Assembly: GCF_018350175.1 (NCBI RefSeq)
Contig: NC_058368.1
Coordinates: forward strand, 126,482,001 to 126,546,000
Reading direction: 5' to 3'
DNA length: 64,000 nucleotides
Origin: Felis catus
Taxonomy: Eukaryota
In this document: positions 12,621-26,639 of the stretch, one piece after another
How the letters are laid out: each line of letters begins with the position of its first letter
How positions within the stretch are numbered: position 1 is the stretch's first letter
The notes under the pieces: model-generated
Seen by the model: the letters and a program-made list of their open reading frames with translations, nothing else
What the model was told of the DNA's origin: nothing
The model's database searches: none
Made by a program: the position numbers and the translations under genes

Positions 12621-13250
12621 GTCATTTTTATTTCTTTCCACCTGCATTTTCCAATATTGACATCACAAGTCTTACTCCATACTTTCTGTAACTGCAAATA
12701 AATTTCTAGTTCCAAAATAGGCAGACATTTATATGAAGAACTTAATTTTGGTGTTCTAACATGGTGATAAAATATACAAGCAAATTGACAAGGTGAAGCA
12801 TTTTTAGGACACCTGGGGATCTTTCACCAGCCAAGAGGAAATTTTGATATGCCCAGGGGTAGTCAGCCGTGTTGTTGAGTTGTTTTGTGGTATTTTTGAG
12901 CCATCTTTACATTTAGATAAACTCATCAACTGTACAGGGAAGGCAAACCCATACAGCTGTTTAAGTGTTCATAAAATTGGTATCTTTCTCTGTAACAAAA
13001 ACAATTAAAAATCACTGAATTCATGGAGAGTTGTTATTAAAACACAGGGAATAATTTCCTCAGGATATTGCCTAGTATCACTGGAAGTTACTGATTTTAG
13101 CTGTAAGTTATGCCTCTGTCACCAAGTCACCCATTGTTATTTTTCTGTTGATTTGTTTAAAGTGATACTGAACTGACTAGTCGTTCTGGCGTGTATAAAC
13201 ACAGCTTAAATCTGGGTACAAATGAAGCTTTTAATTACTCCATATTTATT

Positions 13251-13348
13251 TATTTATTTATTTTGAGAGAGAGAGAGAGAGAGAAAGTGAGCAATCAGGG
13301 GAGGGGCAGAGACAGAGAGAGAGAGGGAGAAAGAGATAGAGATAGAGG

Positions 13349-13382
<34 letters not shown>

Positions 13383-13513
13383 ATTCTAACCAGTCTCCAT
13401 TCTGTCAGCACAGAGCCCAATGCAGAGCTCAAACTCATGAAACATGAGATCATGACCTAAGCTGAAACCAAGCTGAGAGGGATGCTCAACCACCTAAGCC
13501 ACCCAGGTGTCCC
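13251..13513 (-). mobile_element. Can-SINE with expanded GA tract
   Basis: Perfect TSD of about 20 bp, taattactccatatttattt, at ~13232 and 13514. Confidence 0.92.
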
Positions 13514-14293
13514 TAATTACTCCATATTTATTTCCCAAGTCAGATTTAAGGAAGAAAGTACAGCATTTCCTAAGCTGGATAGTACTTATTTTCAGTTAGG
13601 GATGTTCTTGTTTTCTCTTCCACTTTTGCTCTCATAACACTAACTTTGCTAGTCCTGGTCAATACCACAGTGGCAACTCAATCAGCATGTTAAAAGAAAT
13701 AGCAATATAAGCATCAGTGGATAAAGATCACTTTGCTCAGCCTGCTAATCATTACGAAGAAATGGAAGGCAAGGTCTCCACAAAAAGTTCAAAAATCTTC
13801 CATCTTTGAAAACAATTTAATCAGTCTTAGAATGTCTATCAAGCATCATGGGCAAAATTATAGAGTATAACCTAAAAATAGAAGAACAAGGGAGACAAGA
13901 TTAAAAAGAGTTGAAGTGGGTGAATGCATCAACAGGGTTTGGGAGAGAAACACACTGGACAATTGAGGACAGTTTATTGATTTTACAAAGGTATCTGTAG
14001 TATTTAAGGCTGCACTCAGGGATGCTGCAGACCGCAGGGCTATTACCACCACTTGGACTGACGGGAATGGGAACCAGAAAGAGCTGTACCTATACAGGTA
14101 GAAGGAGCCCAAGAGACCCAGTAGACTGAGCCTTAGTCTTTGAATAGCACAGCCTCTGCCAATCAATGGCTCAGCAAGTAAGGGGCCAAAGGAAGAAATG
14201 CCCAGACCTCTCATTCTTCCTGCCCTCTGATCTTTCACCTGTACCTGTCATTGGCTGAGCCCCCTTTCCTGAGTAGCCTGCAAAGGAGTTCTG

Positions 14294-14362
14294 TTTTTTT
14301 TTATGTTTATTTATTTATTTTGAGAGAGAGAGAGCACACGCATAAGAGTGCAATCGGGAGGG

Positions 14363-14411
<49 letters not shown>

Positions 14412-14773
14412 CCTTTTCTTTTTAATTTTTTTTTAATGTTTATTTATTTTTGAGACAGAGACAGAGCATGAACGGGGGAGGGGGCAGAGAGAGGGAGACA
14501 CAGAATTGGAAGCAGGCTCCAGGCTCTGAGCCATCAGCCCAGAGCCCGACACGGGGCTCAAACCCACGGACCGTGAGATCATGACCTGAGCCGAAGTCGG
14601 ACGCTTAACCGACTGAGCCACCCAGGCGCCCCGAGAGAGAGAGAATCCTAAGCAGGCTCCACGTTTTTGGCACAGAACCCCATGTGGGGCTTGATCCTAC
14701 ATTTTGTGAGATCATGACCTGAACTGAAGTCAAGAGTCAGACACTTAGCCAACTGAGCCATCCAGGAGCCCCC
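14294..14773 (-). mobile_element. Older Can-SINE (outer element), split by a younger SINE
   Basis: Tail and GA tract at 14294-14414; head at 14633-14773, ending gagccatccaggagccccc. Confidence 0.88.
14415..14632 (-). mobile_element. Younger Can-SINE nested in the older one
   Basis: Complete element with TSD gagagagagagaatcct at 14398-14414 and 14633-14649. Confidence 0.93.
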
Positions 14774-15732
14774 AAAATAGCTCTGTTTTAGCGGTTCATT
14801 GAGGTTAGGCCCCCACAGCACAGAGTAGGATGGAATTGGATAAAGTGAGGGTCTGGAAAGGCAAAGGCACATATTTAGTACAATGAAGAAGATAGTTTGG
14901 GATTAATATTTTCTGTATAAAACTGTTCATTTATTAAATAAGGTGTAGAGCCCAAATACACATTTTAGAAACTTTGAATTATAGATGTTATATGGTATTG
15001 TGTTCATGTATTCATACTCCTGATAATTTGAATAATGCACACTTCAGAGTTCTATTTTGTTTTGACTATCCATATGGTCCTTCTTAATTGTTCCAGTGGG
15101 CGTTCATTGGATAATTTTAGTGAAAGCTCAAGATACTGCTAATGAGTTGGCACTTTGAACACTATACGGCCATTCGTGTCTGCTTCAGAAGGAAATACAT
15201 TAATGTTCACTCAAAACTGAGTGAATGTCTGCATGGAAAAAAATACCAGTGAACCCAGGGCCTTTATTGAATCCTCTCTGAGGTGCCATATCCTCTGTAA
15301 AGGGAATGCAAATGGTCTGGGAACTTTGGCAACAAAAGCCATCGAGGTATATGGTTCAGTCACAGAGAGGTGGGGAAAACCTGTGTGATGCACAAGTTGC
15401 AGAATTTGGAGTTGGCCCTTCTGCTCTGTGAGACTGCATAAGCATATTCCCAAATGCCAACCGTGACCCACGCTGGGCTCTAACACATGTGTCTCCAAAG
15501 GAAGAACAAGGCAATGTGTTTCTTCAGAAAGTAAGCCAAACACAAGGCCAGCTTTAATAAGAGCAACAAAAGAGCACAAGAAGAAAAAATGGGTTTTGGT
15601 GTCTGGTGGTTTCATTCTGGGAAAATTATTTAACTCTGTTATGTCTTGGTTTCATTTTCTATAAAATAAGGATATGAATCTTTGCCTTGTAGGGTTATTC
15701 TGCAGAATAAGATAGTATGTGTAATGTGCCTC

Positions 15733-16235
15733 GTATGGTTCTCATAATTTTGGGGCCCTTTTACACCCTTAAAAATTATTGAGGACCCAAAAGAGCTTGT
15801 ATGTATATGTAGGTGATATCTATTGATATTTACTATATTAGAAATTAAAGCTGAAAAAATTTAAATATTAATTCACTTTAAAATAACAGCATATTGCGTG
15901 TAAACATAAATTACATACTTTTCATGGAAAATGGCTACATTTTGAAAAACAAAAGAAGTGAGAAGAATGATATTGTTTTATATTTTTGCGAATTTTTTTA
16001 ATATGTGGCTTACTGGGGACAGCTGGATTTTCATATCTGCTTGCTCATTCAGTCTGTTGCTATAACACATGTCATGTCACCTCTGGAAAACTCCACAGTA
16101 CACCTGTGAAAGAATGAGAATGTAAAAAGCAAATAACAGCTTTGTGTTATTTTTAAATGAATTTCGAACTCAGGACCTTCTGAAAGGTCCCAGTTTGGGG
16201 TTTGGGGGCTCCCAGACCACATTTTGAGTACCACT
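15733..16235. mobile_element. hAT-Charlie non-autonomous DNA transposon, Charlie4-like
   Basis: Degenerate TIRs (tggttctca ... tgagtaccact) and internal ttacacccttaaaaattattgaggacccaaaagagc matching the recalled Charlie4a consensus. Confidence 0.65.
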
Positions 16236-17619
16236 CCTCTAGGCCTCAAAAAACTGTGAACACTATTAGCAGGAGATTACAGCATTGTTGACCCATATTT
16301 GGAAAGGTACATCTTTTTAGAGAGGTACTGCTTTATACTCCCACATGCGGGCACATGAAAGAAAGGAGATCCTCTGACAATACATGGCTTTCCTGGAAAC
16401 CAGGTTTGAGGTTCAGAGCTCCATTGCAAATGGAGGACAAACCAGAAGGCAGTTTTTATTTTGCAGCCGTATCTGAATGAGAGAATGAGTAAATGAAAGC
16501 TCATACCCATGCATTTTGTACCTAGCTGTTATCCATGGTACAACAACAGTAAGTCAATGGACTGGAAAGTAGGTCCTGCTCAAATCTATCTCACTGGAGC
16601 AAGATTCTCCCCTAATTCTGGGAAGGGAGGTGGGTGCCAAGTATGGTGGACCATCCTCCAACCCATACTTGGTTTACAAACTGAGAAACTGGAGAAACCA
16701 TTTGATTTCTTGGCCATATTCTCAGAGAGAGAGCCTTGCTGGTGAAATCAAAATCCTTGATTTTGAAATCTTTCAAATTTTATTAGAAACTTTAGAAATT
16801 AGAAATATTAATTTACACTGAGTTACATGTGACTGACAGTCTAAACTCACAAACATTCTAAGGGTACTTGAATTTTAAAACAATAGCTTGTTAACTAAAG
16901 GAATTGAGGGGCTTTCAGCAGCAAATGTCATAACGAGGCCACGTTCCCTGGACTCTTCAACTTAGACCAGCTGTGTGAAAGGCTGACCCAGACTCTTAAG
17001 GCACACTGTTGACCCTTTATGACAGTTGAAGGGGAAAATGACTTATAGAAATCACATCATTTTATTTTAGCCAAGAGATCTGTCCTCCTCTTTTAAGAAA
17101 ATAGTACAGTAGAGTTTTTGTTTTCCTTCATATTTTGCAAAGCAATTAACCCCTGGGTCAGGACAAAGCTCAGAAGATTTCATCTCTACCACTTAATTCT
17201 TCATAAATTTATAACCTATTGGAAACAAGAGAGTGAAAATTGAACGTGTTTTTCTCACTCTGCTCTCTGGCTAGCTTCTGTGAATGCTCTAACAAGGTCT
17301 GTAGGTCTGGTTTTGAGAGTGAAATTCTAAATTGAGTTTTGTAACAACATAGCTACCAAAGGGCTTAAATGCGGAGATGAAAGGGCAGGCTCCTTACTCA
17401 GGGGCTGGTGAAAAGCAAGACGTGCTGAGACCTTTAGCCTGGCTTTGTTGATACCTATTCAAACAGTGTGAAGGTGATTCTACAGTTGGGAGGCTCTTGA
17501 GTTTGCAGATGGGCTAATCTCAGAATGTGAGAGAAATTCATGTATGAAAATAACCACAGAAGGCTGTATGTGGCAGGGGCCTGGTTGAACGGTTTTGATC
17601 CACTGGGCTTTATCAGCAC

Positions 17620-17851
17620 CAGTGTTTCCCAAAGGAGTGTCTAGTGAATGATTTTAGCATAGAAACCATGGCTCCTCCAGAGAGAGAGTCCCCAGAGTGT
17701 GTGGTCCCAGAGGCAGACCCTTGTCGGAATCGTTTGGAGAACCTCATCCCCTGCCCACAGAATCAGAATCTTTCTGTGAACAGAACTGGGGAATCTAGAG
17801 TTCTCAAAGCCTTCCCAGGTGAGCCTGATGCAATAAAGTTTGATAACTGCT
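17620..17851. mobile_element. MER5-like hAT DNA transposon
   Basis: cagtgtttcccaaa ... cagaatcagaatct ... ttcccaggtgagcctgatgc ... aaagtttgataactgctg. Confidence 0.55.
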
Positions 17852-18477
17852 GTTCTAAGGAACAGGTCTCAATTGCCCCTAAAGTACCTCCTGTCACATT
17901 GTGTCTGCTCATGCAGAGCTGAAAGTAAGTCTACATTAGTCTATTAAGATTGAGGATGGATTTGGGATGGCAGGCTTGGATACTTTCCTCAAACTTCCTC
18001 CTGATATCTGAAGTCAGCAAACAGCCTTAGGTTGACTCAAATGTGGCTTCCGGCTGGAGGCCTGTCCTTTGGATGGCCGGAGACAGAGTGTTATCTGAGC
18101 TTGGAAGAATAGCATCAGAGCTTCAAGGCCTCGAACTTACTCTGTCTGCCAGCGAATCTACCTTTTGCTTCATTCTCTTCTCCTCTTTCCTTATCTGCCG
18201 ATCATCCTTCCCTCACCTCAAGACCAGATATAGTCAGACTTCTCCCTGGTGGCTAACTTTGCTCTTGATTCCTTCTTTTCCCTTCTGTTCAATATACTCT
18301 TAGATACTGAGGTCTTTTAGAAGTATTCTCTCTCCATTCCCCTTCAGCTCAGTTTTCTATTCTATGTCTCTGAATATGTCATGAACTAAAATGGTGGAAG
18401 GTTCCAATACTCAGTCTCAAACAAAGAGAGGTTCATTTCCTCAAACTCTTCAGCATTTACCACAGTGATTTTTAAAT

Positions 18478-18511
18478 GTTTTTTGTTTGTTTGTTTGTTT
18501 GTTTGTTTTTT
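18478..18511. repeat. (TTTG)n microsatellite
   Basis: About 6 units. Confidence 0.8.
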
Positions 18512-21288
18512 AATCATGGGGTCATTTCTTCAAAGGAAGGTGTTACAAAATCCCAATGACTAGAGGAAACTCATCTGTTTCAAGCAGGGCTGGAAGCCAA
18601 GTCCCATTCCTTCAGCATCCCAACCCCTTACTGGGATGAAGGCAGGGAGAGCACAACTGTCCATAGTATTTTTTAGAACAGGGCCTGGAGAACACACGGA
18701 TATGTCTCTAGCTGCCTGTCCATGAGGCATGCCTCCTGGGGGATGGCAACTCTTCCAGAAAGAGCCCATGGCGTCTTAAAACTAAGTGAAAGGACGGAAA
18801 GTGGAGGGGGAGGCAACGGATTAAGGACACCTCACCCACAGGGGAATCTGCCAGCACCTTAATCTTCTAAGGTGTGTATTTGTGTGATGAAGACTCAATA
18901 GTGTGGTGAAAATGTACTATTGAAAGTCATATTATTCATTGATATTTACATGAATAATCTGTCATTTCGTTTTTGACTTTTTTTTCTTCCATTAAATTAT
19001 GAGCGCCTATGGGTCATGGACTGTCCATTATTCAACTCAGAGGTCGTAGCACCTATAGAGGCCAACCTAGGCCCATCCCTCTGTAGACTGGCTTCCCAAG
19101 GCAGTGGAAAGAAACTCAAGGCAATGTAGTGAAAATATATTGGGGGTTGCTGATATTTATTACAGAAAGCATAGTCACTTGAGATCAAGGCTTTTAGTTG
19201 GACTAAAATATCACTGATAGAGATAGGGAGGGTGGGACCTTTGTAAAAGAGCAACACTTTTTTGGTAAAAGTGTATTATTGGATTTAATTCAATTTTGGT
19301 GCTCCTAGAAAGGGGGATGCCTGATGTAAGAATACTCCAAGAGGTATGACTACTCATACTATGTTAAGTATGAGCTAAATGGATGAGACATTTGAGCCAT
19401 CTGTCCTGGAGATAAAACACTCGGATACTGATGTGTTGTATGTAAAGTTTATCAGCTCTATCTATTTTCCCTGAGGACAGAGTAGGAAGAGTGGTACTAA
19501 AATGGCCAGATGAAAAGCTATGGTCCCATGTGTAAGGAAAAACGTCTTGCTTTGTGGAAGATGACATCTGCTGTTTGAGGGGTTAATCCACCTTAATCCA
19601 GGTGCAATAGTTTAAAGAATGCAGAGTAGTGAACTGATGACTTATAAAGGTTGCTCCTACCTCCATGAAAAGTTGGTCTTTTTTGATGTTGTTGTTTTGT
19701 TTTTCTTCTGTCTGTTTTATAAAGTTATGTCATCTGGCATGCACAATAGATCTCTGCTTTTACAGGAATGGTTTCTACAGAACTGGATATTTTTTAGCCA
19801 GACACACGATTGTCATCTTAGGAATCAAAATCAGACTAATTGCATCTGGACCTTGAAACCACTTGTGTCTTGGTGGGTATAAGTACCTGTTAGGACCAGG
19901 GTGGGTACATCCCCAAATTTTCCCTGACTTCTCCTAACCTCTGAGGCTGCACTCTAGAGCATACTTTACCTCTTAAATGGTTGTCCTCTAGCCTCTGCTT
20001 CCTTTCCTGACACAGAAAGGAAAATGAAATAAGCTGTCTGGTGTAGTTCAAGAAGGCAGTCCATGATCACAGCATAGCTAACAGGGAACTCAGGAGAGCG
20101 TAGTTCACTAGACAGTGGACAATACATAGCATTTGGCAATGGGAAGAGCAGGAGATAATAGCAAGGGACACATGTTATGCCTATGCTAACATGTTATTTA
20201 ATTCTGCTTGTCTAATGTACAGTTGCATTTTGGGAGTTGGTTAGAAGAAGGCATTGGAAATGTCTGAGTATGTGAAAAAGAAAATGTCAAATTAGGAAAG
20301 TTAGGGAGAGGTCCACAGAGAATGCAGCACATGTTAATTACCTATCTCATGTTCCTATAGCTCTCAAGCCTGCAAATTTGGAAAAGCTGAAATAATTACT
20401 TATTATTTTGACTGCACCCCTTCTTTGAGACCAATCTTTCCTAGATTAAGGGAATATATGAAATGTAAACTTACTTGTTCATTTGTTCAGTCTCAAATGG
20501 ATCTTCTACCTGGTCTTCCTGGGATACCAATTTTGTAGAAACTGGAAATTTCTGGGTTTCTTTATCCACCATCCCAGTTCTCTAGTAAGTGGGTCCCTGT
20601 CTAGATTTCCTTCCTTAGCATATCATTCCCTTTAAAAACTGAATACCTAGTGTCTGTATGTAGTTTAGATTCTGAGTAAGTGTCCATCATAGACAGAACT
20701 TTGAGTCCTATTTTTGGACACATGTCTTTGTATGTACACTTCTTAATTAGCCATCACTTTGCTTTTGTACTCTTGTTCCTTATTTTGCCTCACCTGATCG
20801 ATCTGCCTGCACACATGTTCTTAAGTTTTCTGATTTGACTCCCCATGTTCCACCCATTTTTTGGATCCCAAATTCAGCCAATGTGTCCCCTACTTGCATT
20901 TTCAATTCTGTTAAGATCATTTTGTCAGCCTCCTTTATTAAGGAAAGATTACACAAAGGAAAAAAAATTGCCAGGCCAGGATGACAAATGAATCATTTAC
21001 AAAATGGTGAATCACAATCCTTGGAATTGTCTCCTTTTCAACTCCCAGGGGAACACTGTTGCAATGAATTTGAGTCAACAATGTTGGCAATGACAGACCA
21101 CCAAAAAGAAAGAGCTTATGAGAATTTTCAACCTTCTCATTTTTGAATATGACAGAGCCTTTGATATATGTTCTTCTTAATTTTATGCCTTTGTATAATT
21201 TTTGTATATTCAGTACATCACCTTGAAACATTGGAAAAACTGACAAGAGCATATGGAAATGAGAAGTATGATTAAGAAAGAAACTCTT

Positions 21289-21525
21289 AGGGCCCTTGGG
21301 TGGTTCAGTCGGTTAAGTGTCCTAACTTCAGCTCAGGTCATGATCTCGTGGCTCATGAGTTCGAACCCCATGTCAGGCTCTGTGCTGACAGCTCAGAGCC
21401 TGGAGCCTTCTTTGGATTCTGTGTCTCCATCTCTCTCTGCCCCTCCCCTGCGCTCGCTCTCTCTCTCTCTCTCTCTTGTTCTCTCTCTCAAAAATAAATA
21501 AACATTAAAATTTTTTTTTAAAAAG
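21289..21525 (+). mobile_element. Can-SINE
   Basis: Head, (CT)n tract, aataaataaacattaaaa tail; TSD gaaagaaactc. Confidence 0.92.
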
Positions 21526-22219
21526 GGAAAGAAACTCCTGGTAACAAATCAACTTGCATTTTTGGTGCCAGTTACATTTAGAGGACTGTACCTGTGGAAA
21601 GGATGTGGGCTCATGGGGAACATATTATCATTGAATTTCTTTTATTTAAAGCATGTTGTTTCCATTTTTACTTTCTAGTTTGAGTGGATTTTGCTATTTC
21701 TCTTTTGGTTCTCCACTCCTGATGTTTTCTTCTACACAGAGGTTCATATTTGGAAAACTGAAATGATTAATACTCTTTCTTATTTTAGGACAAAAAGCAA
21801 ATGTCGAACATCCAAGCTCTGTTCTTTAGTTCTGTACCTGCTTTTCTTTCTCTTCATCTACCTTCTCTCTCTGCTTTCCCCTTTTCTCTCCTGCTTTCAC
21901 TGTCTTTCTGAATGAGTAGACATTCACTATATTTGTGTATTCTGGTGCTAGAACTATAAAGGAGCTGGGATTTCTATCCCTAACACCTTCAAATTCTTGC
22001 CGAAATTTTCCTATAAAAGGACTTAACTGAAGAAAAACAGACATAGAACTTAGAGTAACTCTTTAAGCTTTGAATGTATCATTAATACATTCTTGTAGAA
22101 GATGAAAATTCCTGGAAGAAAAGGAGGAAGACAGAAAAAGTAGTTGGAGACACCCACTCAAGGCTTAGTCATAATTAATTTTGACACTAATGTAGATTTT
22201 GTGAAAAGGAAAGCATTTT

Positions 22220-23290
22220 GATTAGTATTTTAAAAGTACATATGTGCAATATAGAAAATAAGCAAATAAAGAAAAGTAGAAAACAAATCACCAGAAATGT
22301 TACCACCCAAAGATAGCTGTTAATAGTTTAATGAGTAACTCTCCAATTTTTTTCTGTGTGCATATACCATACTTTAAAAACAAAATACACACTATGTTAG
22401 CAACTGTGTTTTCACTTATATGCTCTGAACCTTTTCTAAAATATTTAAATATACTCTGAAAGCCTGATTTTAAGTAGCAGTGTAGGAATAATTTATGTTA
22501 CCAGTCCTATATTGCTAGTTTTCTTTTTCCTCTGAATTTTCCTTTTGCCATCTTAAATAATGGGACTTTGCACTGATTCCTCTTTACTTCATTTATCTCT
22601 TCATGTGGGTGGATAGATTCTAGGAAATAGAATTTTGGGGTTTTAAAATTACTGTTGCCAAGTTGCTGTCCAAAGTAATATGATTGTATACTTTTAACAA
22701 CGGGGTGGGAGATGTCTATTTCATTGAATCCTGAAGTATTCAACAAGATCATTCTTTGAATTACCAATTTTATTTTATTTATGTTTTTATAATTTTTTAA
22801 TATTTATTTATTTATTTTTGAGAGAGAGAGCATGAGCAGGGGAGGGACAGAGAGAAAGACAGAGACACAGAATCAAAAGCAGGCTCCAGGCTCTGAGCTG
22901 TCAGCACGGAGCCCGACACGAGGCTCTGACTCACGGACCTTGAGACCAGGACCTGAGCTGTAGTCGGTCGGACACTTAACTGACTGAGACCCCAGGTGCC
23001 CCTTAATCACCAATTTTAAATTTATTGTATTTTCACTGTCATCTGCTGGAGAGTCTTCCAAATGTTTATTTGCCAATTTAATTTTTTTCCTATATAAGTA
23101 ACTGATCTTTGTGCTATATATCTTTATCCTTATTGATTTGTGATACATTTTTATTTTAAATAAGCTTGTTTTTTCCACAAATAAGTTGTTTTACTAATTG
23201 CCTTTAATTTTGTTTGTGGCGTGTTTTGGCATACTTTTTTTCTTTTTTCATTTTTATGGAGTCACATCTCTCAGTTATTTCCTTTAAAGT
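22220..23290 (-). mobile_element. Highly degraded ancient L1 (L1ME-like) fragments, interrupted by a SINE
   Basis: AT-rich antisense L1-like phrases such as gatagattctaggaaatagaattttggg and aatgtttatttgccaattt. Confidence 0.35.
22770..23002 (-). mobile_element. Can-SINE
   Basis: Complete reverse-complement element; degenerate TSD aattaccaatttta / aatcaccaatttta. Confidence 0.92.
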
Positions 23291-23373
23291 AACTGTTCCA
23301 AAGGACCAGCCATCCTAATGTCAAAACCGTTTGGAAATAATAAATATGTCTTTCTTTTAAAATTGTAACCTGC

Positions 23374-23578
23374 TTGGTGCCTGGGTGGCCCCGTCAATTA
23401 AACATCCGCCTCTTAATTTTAGCTCAGGTCCTAATCTCACAGTTGATGAGGTAGAGCCCAGCTTCGGGCTCCCCACTGATGACGTGGGGCCTCCTTGGGA
23501 TTCTCTCTCTCCCTTTCTCTCTGCCCCTCCCCCTTCTCTCTTTCTCTCTAAATAAATAAATCAGATTTACAAATAATT
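23374..23578 (+). mobile_element. Older Can-SINE
   Basis: ggtgcctgggtggc...agctcaggtc...(CT)n aaataaataaa; TSD aaaattgtaacc / aaaattataacc. Confidence 0.88.
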
Positions 23579-23831
23579 AAAATTATAACCCACATTACAA
23601 CACAACGAGATGTGGTAGGTGTTAAGTATAATGAAATCTTAAAGACTAAGGAAACTGTACAGCAACAATGTCAGAACAGATACAAAATTCAGAATTGAAA
23701 ATAGCAGGAAACAGTATATGTCCCCTGGGGCATCACATGTGTCTACACCTTAAGAAGGAAGGGTGTGGAACACGTAAAAGCACCCCATGCAGTTGGCAGT
23801 ATTCTGAAGTGATGTTTCCTTTCGAGTGGGT

Positions 23832-24342
23832 GTGTGTAGCAGACGCCTCTTAGGCCCCTGCCCATCGCCTTGGCCTGCTCCAGATGGTGAGCTGCTGTGG
23901 GCCCATCTGTGCCTGCTTGCTGTTCCACCTCAAGCGCTCACATTTGGCCTTCTGCATTCTCCCTGGGGCCTTGATGTCACAGGGCAGCTATGTAAGTCCA
24001 TGCTTTCGAGCACAGCCAGGAAGTGCGGGGCCAGGAATGACCCCAACCCTGCACCAACCCTAAGTTAATAGAGGACCAGGGCCAAGGGATGAGTCCTCCA
24101 GCCTCTTGTCTTTGAGGTGGACAATTCTGGAAGTCTTTCTGGGTGCTTTTCAGAAGATTATAGCAACATCCAGACCCTCTTACCTCAGTGACCTTGGTGA
24201 TCAATCCTTTACAGTGTCTTTTTCCTCCTCTGTGGCCTCATTCTCCCTAATCCTTCACTTCTGTTTCCCAGGATTAGCTCCCAAATAAACCACCTGCTTT
24301 TAAGTTCTCCCAGGCTCTGCTTTTGGAGGAACTCAAATTCAA
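23832..24342 (+). mobile_element. ERVL LTR, LTR16-like
   Basis: ccaggaagtgcgggg ... ggtggacaattctgga ... cccaaataaaccacctgc ... aggctctgcttttggaggaactcaaa is typical of LTR16 3' ends as recalled. Confidence 0.6.
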
Positions 24343-24529
24343 ATTATATCTTCTCGAAAACATATATGCTAATTGCACTTGGATGAAATTAAATCATATT
24401 TTCTCAAAGATTTATTTTATAATTATAAAGATGTTTCCTCTTTCTTCCCTGATGATGTTTGATCATCAGGGATTCCTGGCCTTTCCAATCTCTGTGTCCC
24501 CAGATTCTGGCAAATAATGAATGATTTTT

Positions 24530-24750
24530 TTTTAAATTTTTTTTTCAACGTTTTTATTTATTTTTGGGACAGAGAGAGACAGAGCATGAACGGGGGAGGG
24601 GTAGAGAGAGAGGGAGACACAGAATCGGAAACAGGCTCCAGGCTCCGAGCCATCAGCCCAGAGCCTGACGCGGGGCTCGAACTCACGGACCGCGAGATCG
24701 TGACCTGGCTGAAGTCGGACGCTTAACCGACTACGCCACCCAGGCGCCCC
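24530..24750 (-). mobile_element. Young Can-SINE (SINEC_Fc)
   Basis: CpG-rich; 17-bp TSD aataatgaatgattttt at 24513 and 24751. Confidence 0.95.
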
Positions 24751-26395
24751 AATAATGAATGATTTTTAAAGGCACTACAGAAGTTTTCTACTTAAATGGA
24801 ATCTACTGCACGCTTAAGTATAATGTAAGAACTCACTCATGCAGCATATTCTTTTTGCAAAGACAGATTCTGTTCCCAGGGTCATTGTCTTTATTTCTCT
24901 CTCACATTCTTTCTTTCCAGCTAACAATGAAAACAGAGGTGAAAAAAGTGGAGCAGCCTCTCCTGATTCCTTTCCTGGAGTCAAGCTCATTCCCAGCTCT
25001 TATAAAGAATGAGTTTCTAGCTGCTGGAAGTAAATTTGTCTGTCTGCCCAGGAGCTATTTTGCACCAGTCTGTATCCCTTCCAGGCAGATGAATATCAGG
25101 AGCCAATGTGTGCTGTCAGAACTTCCAAAGTAGGATAACCATCACCTCTTCTTTCCCCTCAAATGCTATGCATTTGAAATAACCTCTGGGGTGGAGTGAG
25201 GAGGGAAGATTCAGGCTATGAAATTACTTGACTACACTGTTTCTATTTAGATAAACTTTGTCCCACAAATGCCAGGAAGGTTGACAGTCACCACCACGAA
25301 AAGAGCTTCATTAAAATTTATGAACCAACATCCTGGGAGGAAGTAATTATAAATAATAATTACTGTGATGCTCGGTGCTGTTGTTATTTGGGTTGTCCCG
25401 CTTGAGGTGGTATGTAAGATTCAGCTGAAATGCACGACTCTAAAAATACCCTCATAAGCATAGTCTAAGAATTTTTGAAATAGAAGAACAGAAGAAAACA
25501 TCAGATGTCTTTCAGGGATGGTATTTTCAGAGAAGGTGCCCTCTTCTGTAGGATGCTAGCTTCACTTATTATAGAATGACAGTTGCAACTCTTTTGCCAT
25601 AAACTAGAAATCTGGTGCATTATTATGATTATACTAACCTTCTAATCATGTAATGGTGGAGCTTCAAAAAGATGATTTTAGTAAAATTGCATTGTTTGTA
25701 TTTTGTACTATTTTAGGAACAAAGAAGTAAATATTTTCATGAGATCTTTCCTTGGATTGGTTTATCCCATCAGACCAAGCATCCTGGAGTCATGTTAGTG
25801 AATAAGCTGCCTTTGCTGCTTTTAATCTACCCTGAAGGCTGTCTGTCATCACCTGTAATCAACTTCATACGATTGATTCCAGCACGCTTTGTCAAATTTT
25901 TTATCAGAGCAAGGTTAATGTGTGGGTACAAGATGAGTTGACTTTTAAGCAAATGGAGGGCAGAATGTGCCACTGGTAAGGGCTGTACTCAGTATTCGAG
26001 AGAGTGGACATTTGCAGGGCTCCTCAAACTCCTTCCTATCTATCAAACCTTCCTACCTCCTCATTCTCTTATCTGAGGAAAATAAGAATGAGCCCTGCCG
26101 ATTATGGTGCAAGTAAGCCCAAGAAAAAAGTCATTAGGAGAAACAAGAATCCATCTGGACACATTAAGAGTTAATATGATTGTGTCCTAATTGATCACCA
26201 TCTCAGTATCTGCGTATGTCATACTCAGAATCGTAGGTAGACTAAATCAATATCCTTATCATAACATACATCCCAAATTTCAAAACAATTTCCATACATT
26301 TATCTTATGTTCAGTGTCTATCTTAAAGATGTACAGACTTTCAGACGTTAGTTTTTATATTATTGGGAATTTAGAACACATTGTCCTATTTTAAA

Positions 26396-26608
26396 TTTTT
26401 TTTTTCAACGTTTATTTATTTTTGGGACAGAGAGAGACAGAGCATGAACGGGGGAGGGGCAGAGAGAGAGGGAGACACAGAATTGGAAACAGGCTCCAGG
26501 CTCCGAGCCATCAGCCCAGAGCCTGACGCAGGGCTCGAACTCACGGACCGCGAGATCGTGACCTGGCTGAAGTCGGACGCTTAACCGACTGCGCCACCCA
26601 GGCGCCCC
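26396..26608 (-). mobile_element. Young Can-SINE (SINEC_Fc)
   Basis: 19-bp TSD cacat(t/c)gtcctattttaaa at 26377 and 26609, with one CpG-type mismatch. Confidence 0.95.
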
Positions 26609-26639
26609 CACATCGTCCTATTTTAAAATGTTACAGAGA

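Larger units (their letters stand above)
13940..14882. mobile_element. MaLR LTR (MLT1-like), interrupted by nested SINEs
   Basis: cagacctctcattcttcctgccctctgatct...cattggctgagccc, resuming after the SINEs with cacagcacagagtaggatgga...tctggaaaggcaaa; resembles recalled old MLT1 consensus. Confidence 0.45.

Noticed and set aside
17611..17630. Possible REST/RE1 site (tcagcacca) in a neuronal gene
   Set aside because: Only the left half-site is present; the GGACAG half is missing and the sequence runs into a MER5-like end.
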